Source: Cyanophora paradoxa CCMP329 (taxonomy: Eukaryota; Plantae; Glaucophyta). From it: 64,000 nt of DNA. Positions 37,981-48,976 of the stretch are shown one piece after another. The notes below the pieces were generated by a model that worked only from the letters and a program-made list of their open reading frames with translations, was not told the DNA's origin and made no database searches. The DNA is taken from positions 356,191 to 420,190 of the forward strand of contig QPMI01000572.1 in assembly GCA_004431415.1 (NCBI GenBank), given 5' to 3'. The first letter of the stretch is position 1. Every line of letters begins with the position of its first letter. The position numbers and the translations under genes are program-made.

Positions 37981-39051
37981 CCCTTAGTGACGCTTCGCGA
38001 GCTTGAGTCGACACGCACGTCAAGCGGCACGCACGTGCAGCGGCCGCGGCCCGCGGGTGCCAGGCTGCCAGCGACGTGCCGCAGTGCTAGAGGCTAGACT
38101 CTACCGGTAGCCTAGAGACTAGAGCTCCCGGCTCTGAGCCATTCAGCATGCCAGTGATGCCACTGATGATGCCAGTAGTAACCCAGTAGTAGTGCAGTAT
38201 ACTACCGTAGTACTATAATACTAGTATATATATACGTACTGGTACGAGTCAAGTTACGACCCCCACGTGCACGGAGCCCCACCGCCGGGCCACCGGGCCG
38301 CACGCGGCGCCCGCGGCCGCGCGCGAATCCCGCGATCGCGGCCGCCTGCGCTGGGCCGCCGCGCCGCCGAATTCGAATGCCAGTCCGAATTTTGAAAACT
38401 AGTACGTATACGTAGTACGTACTACGGTATACGGTATACTAAATTACTACTAATCTGGCATGTCATGCATGATCGTGATGATGCATTAATATTTGGTGAC
38501 CGTCGGACGTACAGGCTCGGGGGCACCGCACTGGCACGGCGCACGCGTACGCGTACTGGAAACGTAGGAATCTTCGATAGCGTCTTTATTTCGTCTATAT
38601 TCGTCAAGCCTGCACTTCGACGAATATTTGATACGTATATACTCTTAATTGAACAGAAATTCGGGCAGGGCTCACTGGAGTCCGGACCCGCGTCGGCGTC
38701 ACTTTGCCTGCTTATGCACGTAGCTGGGCATGCGCAACGCGTACACGTACGATTATGGCGTTACAGTTATGTACTAGCAGACCGCGCCCGGCCCTGTGCA
38801 AGTGCGGCAAGTGCGGGCCGCGCGCGGAGGTGCAAGGGGGGGTACTGGTACACATTGCAGGGTACTTGGGGGGGAGGCGGGGGGCGCAGGGGAGGGGGGC
38901 GGAGGGGGCAGCTAGAGAGGCAAGGCGGGCGGCTGGGCGAGGCGGGCGGGGTGGCGAGGCGGGTAGGTGGGGTGGCGACGCGGGCGGCGGCACCAGGTGG
39001 GCGGGCAGGCGAGGGCGGTGGCGGGCGGAAAAGCGGCATCCGAGGAGAGAA

Positions 39052-39430
39052 AGGTGGCGCCGGGCCCTGCGCGTAGCCTGCGCATGCGCAGAACCGAGGC
39101 GTCAGCTCGCCCCGGACAGCGGCCGTGTGGGGGCGGGGCCCAGCGGAGGCGGCCGGGTCAGGTGCTAAGCAGCAGCGGGGCGAACCAGCGGCGGGGCGAA
39201 CCTGGAGTCGACGAAGCTGAAGCAGCCGGCGGGGCGGCGGGCGAGAAAGCGGGCGGAGCGACAGGTGGCGCCGAGCCCTGCGCATAGCCTGCGCAGAACC
39301 GAGGCGTCAGCTCGCCCCGGACAGCCGCGGCGCCGGCGCGGGGCCCAGTGAGGTCGGCCGGGTGACGCGCGCGGCGCCGGCAGCAGCGGCGCCGGCGGGG
39401 CGAACCTGGAGTCGACAAAGCTGAAACAGC
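39052..39430. repeat. Two diverged ~210-bp direct repeats inside element A
   Basis: GCAGAACCGAGGCGTCAGCTCGCCCCGGACAGC and GGGCGAACCTGGAGTCGAC each occur twice; units start at 39052 and 39263. Confidence 0.85.
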
Positions 39431-39610
39431 GGGCGGGGCGACGGGCGCCTAGGCCTAGGGAGCAGCTGCTGAAGCAGCGGGCGCGCGGAGCAGCTGGGAG
39501 CAGCGGGCAGGGAAGCAGCCCGGCGCGGCGTACTAGGAGCAGCTGCGAATACTGCGACGCCGCCACCCTCCGCTACCGTAGTACAGCTAGTGCGGAGCGC
39601 CGGCCGCGGG

Positions 39611-40156
39611 TCAAGCCACGCATCCAGTCCGGCGCCCCGGCCGCGGGCCGAGGCGTGCGAGTGGTGATCCGCCCCGTGCTTGCGCTTGAAGGGCTTGACA
39701 TCGCCGAGCTGAAGTCCGCCTGAACCGGAGTCCGGCAAGATCTGCACCGACCGTACCGGCCTTGTCAGAGCCGTCGTCGAATGTGCACGCCCAGCTTGGG
39801 ATTGCCGGGCGGCGCGCGAGATCACCTAGGCCTTCCATCTGGCAAGAGTGTGGCATGTTTGAAGAGATCGGAATCGCCGAGCTTGAATCTGCTGACGGCG
39901 GGCGCGGGGCACTCAGAACCATCGGCGCACACTCGTCCAAGCGGCGCGCACCGAAACGCGGCGTCGCGGGCGCCTTCTTCCTGCACTGGCGAACGTGCTT
40001 ATACAGGTTGTCCTGCCGAGTGAAGTGCTTCCCGCAGCGAGTGCATTTGCCGCCCGGATGGCAGCCGCGCGGGTCGGAGCAAGGCTGCAAGCTCGAGCAA
40101 AGCTCAACTTCGCTTGCGACTACGTCTGTCGGCCGCGGACCCGGGCGAAGGGCCAT
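39611..40156 (-). CDS. Small zinc-finger ORF carried by element A
   Basis: ATG 40156: MALRPGPRPTD...LQPCSDPRGCHPGGKCTRCGKHFTRQDNLYKHVRQC, a C2H2/C2HC-like finger. Homologous to the ORF at 57133-57408. 3' end uncertain. Confidence 0.6.
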   Translation of the reverse strand: MALRPGPRPTDVVASEVELCSSLQPCSDPRGCHPGGKCTRCGKHFTRQDNLYKHVRQCRKKAPATPRFGARRLDECAPMVLSAPRPPSADSSSAIPISSNMPHSCQMEGLGDLARRPAIPSWACTFDDGSDKAGTVGADLAGLRFRRTSARRCQALQAQARGGSPLARLGPRPGRRTGCVA

Positions 40157-41012
40157 GACGCAGGAGAACGAAGTACGGGTACGGCAACACGATCTCCTCC
40201 AACTCTCAAGAGCGCTTTTTTTCGGCGCCCGGTACAACAGGTACTTGAGGCGGCCTAGCGCGCCGCACGCCGCTTCTCGAGCCCGGGCATGTATGACAAA
40301 GTTTGTAGAGCGCATCGAGAGCAATCAGGAGCACGTGGTCCGGCGCGTATAGCGATAGCAGGTGAGGCGCGACTTCGACATGTTTGCGCAGCCCCGCCCT
40401 TGCATTTTTTTCGGCCGCTCGCAGCGGCTACGATGCGATCACACCTATACGAGAGCGCATGCAAAGAATCGCATCTTACAAAAATTGCTAACACAGAAAG
40501 TACGCCGCACCAACTCACCAGGGGAGCAAGGGAGGGGGTACCCCCCCTTGCAACGTATGCGTGTCCATGTTTTCCTATGCATGGTAACTGTTTAGAGTTC
40601 TAATCACGAAGTCTGTAGATACAGTCTGATCGTCTGATCTACGATCTACGAGAACGTGAGATCTAAATTTAAATCTAGATGTTTTCTGGTGCTCAAGAAA
40701 GGGTGTGCGAATTTGAAATCGTATTAACATCTTGACTGTTAGAGTGCAAGTTGAGTGTTAGCGTACATGCGTTTCCTATTCGGGCTATACTAGTAGCTTT
40801 AGTTACGAGCTATCAGCGCTACAAAGATCTAGAGCTCGAGACACAATTGCAAAGCCGATTTAAACGATCGCAAAGTGAAAATGTTGAAAACAACCGAGAT
40901 GTGTATGTCATAGCTATAGCGTTGTCAAAATAATACCAGAGAGCAGCAACCCGCTCGCGTACACGCGCGCGGAAACGCGGCACTCCATCACGCGAGCCTC
41001 CAGAGCCGCCGC

Positions 41013-44000
41013 TCAGCGCTTGAGGTGGACGACGCGGTGGATGGCGAGGCCCTTGATCAGCTCGAAGCCGACGAAGAAGACGGCGAGCCAGCTGCGCATA
41101 TGCATGCGCGCCGGCGTCAGGCCAGGACTCCGAGCTCGAGCCTCGACGCGGGGGGCGGGGCGTGCTCACATGAGGTTCAGGTAGCGGTTGTCGTACGAGT
41201 AACCAAAGGACGCGACGGCGTCGTCGCCCGTCTTGTAGCACATCCCTTTGGCGTACAGCCTGCCAGGGGGCCGGGGCGGGATCAGATCTAGAGCCCGAGG
41301 GCTCCGGGGAGGGCGCGGGCGGGCGGCGGGGCGGGGCGGGGCGCACGCGTCGGTGCAGCCGGTGAACTCCATCCCCTGCATCTCGTTCGTGACCATGCTC
41401 TCCACGGGGTAGTGCATGAAGAAAGCGTAGTAGGCCCAGATCCACGGCCTGCGCGAGCGAGCGCGCCAAGCTCGAGGTCAGCGCTAGCGCCGGCCCGGCT
41501 CTCGGAGAGATCCTCCGGATCAGCACCTTGGCATGTCGGTCGGAGAGATCCTGCGGGGGGCGCGCGCGGGTCATGATCATGATCAGTGCCGGAAACCGCC
41601 CAGCGCAGCGGGGGCGGCCTAGGTCTGGGGCCCGGGGCTCACATGAAGCCGGCGAAGAAGGCCCCCGCGGCGACGAAGAAGCCGGCCATCGCCTGCGCGG
41701 CGAGGCCTAGGGTTAGGCGTAGGCCCCAGGGGAGTGGCGGGTCTCCTAGGCCGGGCGGCGGGCTCCCATCCATCCATCCATCCATCCATCCATCCATCCA
41801 TCCATCTATCTCTAGATCTGGCTCGGGGCGGGCGGGCGGGCGGGGGCACCTGCGCGGCGGCGGCCACGGGGAGGAGGTACGAGAGCATCTCGGTGAACGC
41901 CGTCGCCGTCAGCTGGAAGAGCCTGCGGCGGGTTCTTCAGGGGCGGCGGGGCCGTCGTCGTCGTCGTCGGCCGCGGGCGGGCGGGCGGGCGGGTCGCACC
42001 AGAGGACGAGGAGGGCGTAGGCGTAGCGCTGGCCCGCGTCGGCGGGGTTGAGCCCTGCGGCGCGCGCGCCCCGGGTGAGACAAAGCAGCGCGGGCGGAGC
42101 GGAGGTAAGAAAGCAGCGCGGGGGGACCGGCGATCCAGTAGACGATGGTGAGGAAGACGACGAGGTTGGCGAGGTTCACGGGCGTCCCGACGAGGAAGGA
42201 GGAGAACCAGTGCGCCGCGGGGCGGTACATGCCTGCGGGCCCGGGCCTCGGCCGCACGTTCGCGGAGGCGAGGCGAGGCGAGCGCGAGGGGCCGGGCGGG
42301 CGGGCGGGCGGGCGGGCGGGGGTGGGGGGGGGGGGGGGGGGGTGGGGGGGGGGGGGGGGGGGGGGGGGGGCGGACCCTGGGAGCGCTCGCGGTAGAAGAT
42401 CTCGCGTGCGGCGAAGTTCGCGGGGATGTCCCCCACGGCCCGCTTCACCGTGTACCTTCACGGTGGAGGAGGATCGGGCTCAGCGGTCGAAGTCGGGCGA
42501 GAGGGGCGAGAGGGGCGGGGCGGGGCCGTGGGGCCCGTGGGGAGCAAAGGGAGTTCCGCAAGGAAAGTTAACAGTCGATAAAGACCTAGGTATAAGATAT
42601 CTAGGTCTAGATGTAGTTTTATATCTAAATCGGGGCGCACATGATCATGAGGAAGCAGAGGGAGTTGCGCATGCGGGCGTTGGCCTGGTCCAGCCCCCGG
42701 TCCGCGAACATGGTGCCCAGCACGAACCCCATGAACACGTTGCTGAGCTCGGGTGAGATCGGGGGGGCGCGCGGGGGCAGCAATCACCAGAGGCGGGTCT
42801 CACCTGAGGACCTTGGCGTACACATAGACGGGGGAGCGCCACAGCTCCCGAAGCTTGCGGCGCACGAGCGCGCGCGTCTGGAGCGCCACGCCCGTCGCCG
42901 ACTGGTGCTTGAACTGCGTCTCCGCTGCCCCGCGCCGCCGCCGCCATCAGAGCGGAACCGGAGAGCGGAGCAGCGAACGAAGCGCCGGCGCCGGCGGCGC
43001 GCGTGCGCACCGATCTCGTACGAGGCGACGAGGTCGTCGAGCTCGGCGGCGCGCTGGGCCGCCTCTTTGCTCTCCCGCCACGCCCCGGCGAAGTCCAGGG
43101 GCTCGGCGTCGGGCGCGGCCCCCGCCCGCGCCTGCTTGCCCATCACGACGTCTAGCACGTGGTCCGCCTTCGCCGAGTAAGGAGGAGGGTAGAGGGCGGG
43201 GGAAGCGTAAGCCGAAGCCTAGGGCGGCGCACGGGGTTGCGGTAGTGGGGCCGGTGGAAGCCGAGGCGCTCGAAGTAGGAGAGGACGGTGTCCGCGTTCT
43301 CGCCCATCTGCCCGCCCGCCGGCGTCAGCTTCAGGCTTCCGGGCTCGTTTACTGACAAGCTTAAGGTGAGCGAGCACCTTGCCGAAGTAGGTGACCTCGC
43401 CGCCCCTCTTGAGGAGCAGCAGCGAGTCGAACTGGCGGAAGATCTCCGCCGACGGCTGGTGGATCGTGCAGATGACGGCCTGGCCCTTGGCCGCGAGCTC
43501 GCGGAGCAGCGAGACGATCTGCATCGCACTCGCCGCGTCCAAGCCCGTCGTCGGCTCGTCTGAGAGGGGCGCGTCAGAGCGGCCGAAGAGAGGAGAGGAG
43601 GCGGACGAAGCAAGCACCGAGGAAGAGGAGGGAGGGGCGGGGGACGAGCTCCATGGCGATGCAGACGCGCTTGCGCATCGCCACCGAGATGCCGCCCGTC
43701 GCTAGCGTCCCGATCACCTGCCGCCCGGCGCCCCCGTGAGCCGCCCGGCAGCGGCCGGCGGGGCGGGCCGCGCACCTCGCCGGCGTGCTTGCGCAGGTGC
43801 AGGGCGTCGATCGCCGCGTCCACCGCCCTGCGAGCCCGGCCGAGTGAGCTCAGTGCGGTGAATCCAATGCGGCCGGCTGGGGGCGGCACCGGAGCTTCTC
43901 GTCGTAGGGGATGGAGGCGTCCAGGCGCAGGGCGGCCGAGGTGAGGACCGCCTCGCGGATCGTCTGCGGGGGCGGGCCGGCGGGCCGGTGCTCAGCGGGG

Positions 44001-47000
44001 CGGCTCGGCGCCGCAGCCAGCGCGAGCCGAAGGGCCCGCACCATAGTCGAGAAGAGCAGATCGAACTGCGGCGATCGCGAGAAAGGGCGGGCGGGTCAGC
44101 TCTGGCCAGGCCCTGCGAGCGGGGCCGAGGCCGGGCATGCACCTGCTCCACGTAGCCCGACATGCGCAGGAAGGTGCGGTCCCGGGGGCGCTTGTTGACC
44201 AGCAGCTCCCCGCCGGTCGTACCCCCCGTCTTGCGGTTCGCCAGAACGTCCAGCAACGTCCTGGAGGCGGCTTAGAGAAGGGGCGGGGGGGGGGGGGGGG
44301 AGGGGGGGGGGGAAGCGCACGTCTTGCCGCCCCCGCTCGGCCCCATAAGCTACGGCGGGCTCGGGATCAGTCGGCGCCCGCGAGCTTGCCGGCGGCGGCG
44401 TGGGGTACGGGCGCACCGCGACCAGGTCGCCGGAGCGGCAGTACCCCGTCACGTTGTCGAGGAGCGTCTTGGTCTGCTTCTTGTCGCTCGGGTCCGGCAC
44501 GCTGCGGGCGAGGCGCCGGCCGGTCGAGAGGGGTACCTTGCGCGTTCGGCGGGAGGGGGTACCTGTAGGAGAGGTTCTTGAAGGTGAGGAGGGCCCGCGG
44601 CGGCGAGAAGTGGCTCTCGGAGTCTTGCGGCTCGCCTCAGAAAAGGAAGCAGAAAGAAACGAAAGGAATGCGATGGCAAGCACCTGCGCCCTCGGCGGCG
44701 TCGCCGGCGACGTCGACGGTGGCGGCGCCGCCCGCTGCGCCGGCGTCCTCCGGCGGAACGTACTGCTTGCGCCAGCGCTTGAAGCCGTACCCAAGGGCCG
44801 CGATCGAGGCGTAGAAGAGCCACTGGCCCAGCATGATCTGGCGGGCGGGCGGGCGGGCGGAGCTCAGCCGGGCGCCCGTGCCCAAGCCGCCCTCAGAAGG
44901 CCGCCCGGGCGCACCAGCATGCACCACCAGTACCACTCCGGCTCCTTGTGCATGTCGAACTGCGCGAACGAAGGCTAAGACAGCGCAGGCTCGGGCGGGA
45001 AGCTTCAAGGATGGGAAGGCGCGGCACCGTGTCAAGGACGGCGGCGCCCCCGGCTGCCTCATCGCTCAGCCCGAGGTCGTGGAGCTCGTTGATGCAGAGG
45101 GCCTCATGGGGGTACCGGTAGAATGTCAGGTAGTGCACCCAAATCCACGCTGAGGAGGGGGGGGATAAGGGGGAATGGGATGCAGGCCGGTGGGGTAGGG
45201 GCGCACGCTTCGGGATCTTGGCCTGGGGTACCAGGAAGCCGTTGAAGAGCATCAAGAGGGCGGGAACGATGGCGGCTGAATCGAACAAGGTCAGAAGGCG
45301 GCGGAGGCCGATCGAATTGCAGATCTAGAAGGGGTACCGAAGATGGCGCCGATGGTGAGGTTGGGGGTCCACGCAGACATAGCCCTGCGCGGAGGCGGCG
45401 CGAGTCAGAGGGCGGGCTGCGGGGGAGACGGGCGGGCGGAGGGGGGAGGGGGGAGGGCCGCACAGGACAGTCGCGTCGGCGGTCATCGTCATGGAGAAGA
45501 GGGCTGCGGGCGGAGCGCGCGCGTCGGGCGAAGAAGAAAGGGCAGAGGCGGTGGAGGAAACGGACCGAGGATGTACTTGCCGAAGCGGACGCTGCCGGAG
45601 ACACTCTGCAGGCCCACCGTCCAGTACGTCATGAACGAGCTGCGCCGCGCCGCGGCGCGGCCGCCCGTGTCAGACGGAGCCGGGCACCGCCGAGGCGTCG
45701 CCGAGGCATCGCTCATATGAGCGCACACGACGAGGACCTCGAGGAAGAGGCGGGGCACGTCGGCGAGGACGACGGCGAGGAACCAGGCGGCCGGGCGGTA
45801 GTACCGGTCCGCGTCCTCCTAGAGAAGAAGAAGATGTTATGTTAGGATTCTGAGATAAGATGAGATGAGAAGGGATGTGGGACCTTGTAGAGCATGGCCC
45901 GGTCGTTGAAGAAGCGCTCGATCTTGGAGAGCGCCGCGAAGCCGAAGCCCAGCATCGCCGCCTGGCGGAGCGGCGCGCATGAGAAGAGAAGAAGAAGTGG
46001 GTGGGGTGTGTGGGGGCACCTGGAGGAAGGCGACGCGGTTGTGGGCGCCCCGGAGGGTGTCCGAGGAGGAGACGTACAGCGTCCCGATGATGAACGCCAT
46101 GAACATCTGGGGGGAACGTTCGCTCAGCGGCCTGGCGGCGGGCTGGGGGGTACGTATATATGGCTTGCGGCCTGAAGGCGGACCATCTGCATGACAAAGC
46201 GGCCGACGTTGGGTCCGCGGTCGCGAACGAGCAGCTTGGAGAAGCGAGCGAAGTTCATCCAGAACTGGAACCAGAACGGCTGAGCGTACTGCTCCGTGAG
46301 GGGCGCCGGCGGCTCCGGCAGCGCCCGGCCCTCCGCCGCCGCCTCCCCCACGTCCGCCTCCACGCGCCGCCCCTCGGAAGACGCGGCGAAGCTGCCGGCG
46401 TGCCGGAGGTGAGGCGGGGGCGAAGCGGGGTAGCCTCGGACGGCGCACGCGTCGGCGAGCTGGGCGGGGGTCGGGGCGGGCCCCGTGCCGTGCCAGAAAG
46501 CCTCCCCGGGCTTCTCGGTGACCCACTGCAGGAAGTCCTGCGGGGGCATCCCGTGCGGCCGCCGGTAGCCCATGCGCGCGAAGTACTTGGCCGCCTCCTG
46601 CGCCGGCCCCTGGTACACCACGCGGCCCGCCGCCAGCATCACCAGCCGGTCTGCGCCGCTCAGATCAGATCGATCTGATAGGATCGGATGGGATGGGATC
46701 GGATCGGATCGGACCGAAGCAGCAGAAGGCCTCCCAGGAGGGCTGGAGCAGGCACGCGAGGACGGCGACGCCCTCGTCCGCGAGCGTCCGCAGCGCGCGG
46801 CAGAGGTCCAGTGTCGCTGTCGCGTCCAGCCCTGCCCGGCCCCGGCCGTCGATCCGGAGGGAAGCGGAAAGGGGAGGGGGGGGGGGTGAGGGGAGGGCGG
46901 GGGGTACCGTCCGAGGCCTGGTCCATGAGGAGCGCGCTCTTGCCGCTGGCGACGCCCTCCAGCCCGACGGTGAGGCGGCGGCGCTCCCCGCCGGAGATGC

Positions 47001-48363
47001 CCCGGATCGCCTGGTTGCCGACCTGCGGGGGCGCAGCATCAGAGGCCGGGCGGGGGGGGGGGGGGGCGCAGCCGGCGGGGGTACAGGGCGCACGATAGTG
47101 TCCCCGACGTGTGAGAGATTGAGGCTCTTGAGGACCGTAGTGACCTGCGTCCGCCTCAGCGACCTTGGCGCGAGGGGACGCCGGTGGGGGGGGGAGGGGG
47201 GGTAGATGTTTTTTTTGGGGGGGGGGGGGCGGACCCTGTCGTGGACTTGCTCGAACGACATCTCGCGGGGCGCGCGCAGCCGCGCGGAGAACTCCATCGC
47301 CTCCCGCACCGTCAGCAGCGCTGCGGGCGGCGCGTCGACACGCAGCGCAGCAGCGAGGCGCGCGCGCGGCCGGCCGGCCGGCTCACGGTAGTGCTCGTCC
47401 GACTGCTCGACCAGCGCGACGCGGCGGTGGTAGGTGTGGTCCGGCTTCGCCCCATTTAGAAGTATCTGCGGGGCGCCGCGTCAGCGCGGGCGGGCGGGCG
47501 GGCGGGCGGGCGGGCGGGGCCGCGGCGCCGCGACTCGCCTCGCCGGTGATCTTGCCCTCGCTCAGATCCGCCGTCTGCCGCGCGAGGATCTTGAGCAGAG
47601 TCGTCTGCGGCCGCGCGGCGTCCGTCAGCGCGGCGCGGGCGGCGGGCGGGCGGGCGGGCGGGCGGGCGGGGGCGGCGCGCCTTGCCGGAGCGCGGGCCGC
47701 CGAGGAGAAGGGTGGCGGAGCCGGGGACCACGCATCCCGTCACGCCCCGCAGCACGTCCACGGTCCGCTTCTCCGCGCGGCGGAACGGGTTCCCGAACTG
47801 CGGAGGGGCCCCCGCAGCTCAGCGCGGGCCGAAGCGGCGCGGGCGCGGGGCGGGGCGCGGGGCGCGAACCGCGCTGGCGAGGGTGTGCGTCTCGCGGGAC
47901 GCCTTGGAGGCCTTGATGCTGAAGGAGACGTTCTTGAAGGTGAGGTACGAGCGCCCGTGGTCGAAGCCGGCCTCCTTCATACGGCGCGCCGACTCCAGCA
48001 CGAGAGAGAAGCGCCGCGGGTCGTACGGGGGCGGGTGGTCGAGGGAGACAGCCTGGAAGAGCCTGTCATCGCCGAATGGGACCGGCGTGCCTCCCGAGCG
48101 CGGCGAGCTCTGTCCGCTCGAAGCGGTCTCGTCCGGCCGCGCATCCTTCGAATTCGTGCTGGCGCCTGGGCCCCAGCGGTGGCATGAGATTGCGCGCGGC
48201 CGATGAAGCGCACGAGCTTTGAACAAAGCGATGCACCTTTGAGGTTCACGACGTGCACCTTCACGTCTTCTGCCAGGATCTCCCGCAGCCGGACGTGCGC
48301 CGGCTCGTACGCGTGGTCGGCGTATTTGGCGGTCCGCGCGCGGACCTCGCCCGCGCTCTCCAT
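41013..48363 (-). CDS. Full-size ABCG (PDR-type) ABC transporter, NBD-TMD-NBD-TMD, multi-exon
   Basis: NBD1: [50 protein letters not shown]. Linker [15 protein letters not shown]2: [78 protein letters not shown]. Ends VVHLKR* at 41013. Confidence 0.95.
41766..41805. repeat. (CCAT)n microsatellite in an ABCG intron
   Basis: About 10 consecutive CCAT units. Confidence 0.9.
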
Positions 48364-48976
48364 CGCTGGTAGCCGCCAGGAAGATGCAAGCTGGAGAGCC
48401 GGATGTTCCGCGCCCAGCGCTGCTCTGAGAACTCAGGATCGGAATGGTGCTGAGCGCGCTCGCTTGCGTTTGCGTGTGAGGCGTGCGCGACAAGGTGTGC
48501 GACAAGCGCTGCCTTGCGCATGCCAGTAAGCACGAGCATGCATCCTTTCGAATTCGAGCACGCGTACGCTAACGTTAACCGACCCTGCATCTATGGCGTT
48601 GCGCAATTGCGCGCTTGTACCCGAGGCCAGTAGCTCCCCCAGCCGTCACGGCGTGGCCATGGGTACAAATCTAGAGTTGATTGCGACATCGGGTGGAGTG
48701 CACGTGTGCACGTGTTTGCGAACGCGCTCGAGGCGGCTCATATGCATGATCATGATCAGACCCAGCAACGAACGCGCGCACGACGCCGCCGGCGGCCCGC
48801 CGCGGCGCCGGATCCCAATCTATATCCGCCGCCGCGCGCGCCGGCGCCGCGCCTTGCGCGCGGGATTTCCAGGGGCACGGGCCGGCGCGGGCGCGGGCGA
48901 TATATATATAAACGGTCGACCACAAATCGAGTGCATGATGGATTCAGACAGAACACCTGGCAAGCAAGGAGGGGGC

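Larger units (their letters stand above)
38774..40553 (-). mobile_element. Non-autonomous Helitron2/Helentron-like rolling-circle element, copy A
   Basis: Perfect 15-bp asymmetric inverted repeat (IR): TGCAAGGGGGGGTAC at 38831-38845 versus GTACCCCCCCTTGCA at 40538-40552. The 5' IR folds into a hairpin (GCAAGGG..CCCTTGC, 40526-40551). The 3' IR is followed directly by a GC hairpin (38782-38827, 13-bp stem, one mismatch) and then CTAG (38774-38777). Confidence 0.72.

Noticed and set aside
48671-48925. DHAYEP peptide echoing the ABCG N-terminus ([10 protein letters not shown])
   Set aside because: Six-residue match arising in a palindromic ATGATCATGATC tract with no extended similarity. Probably chance.
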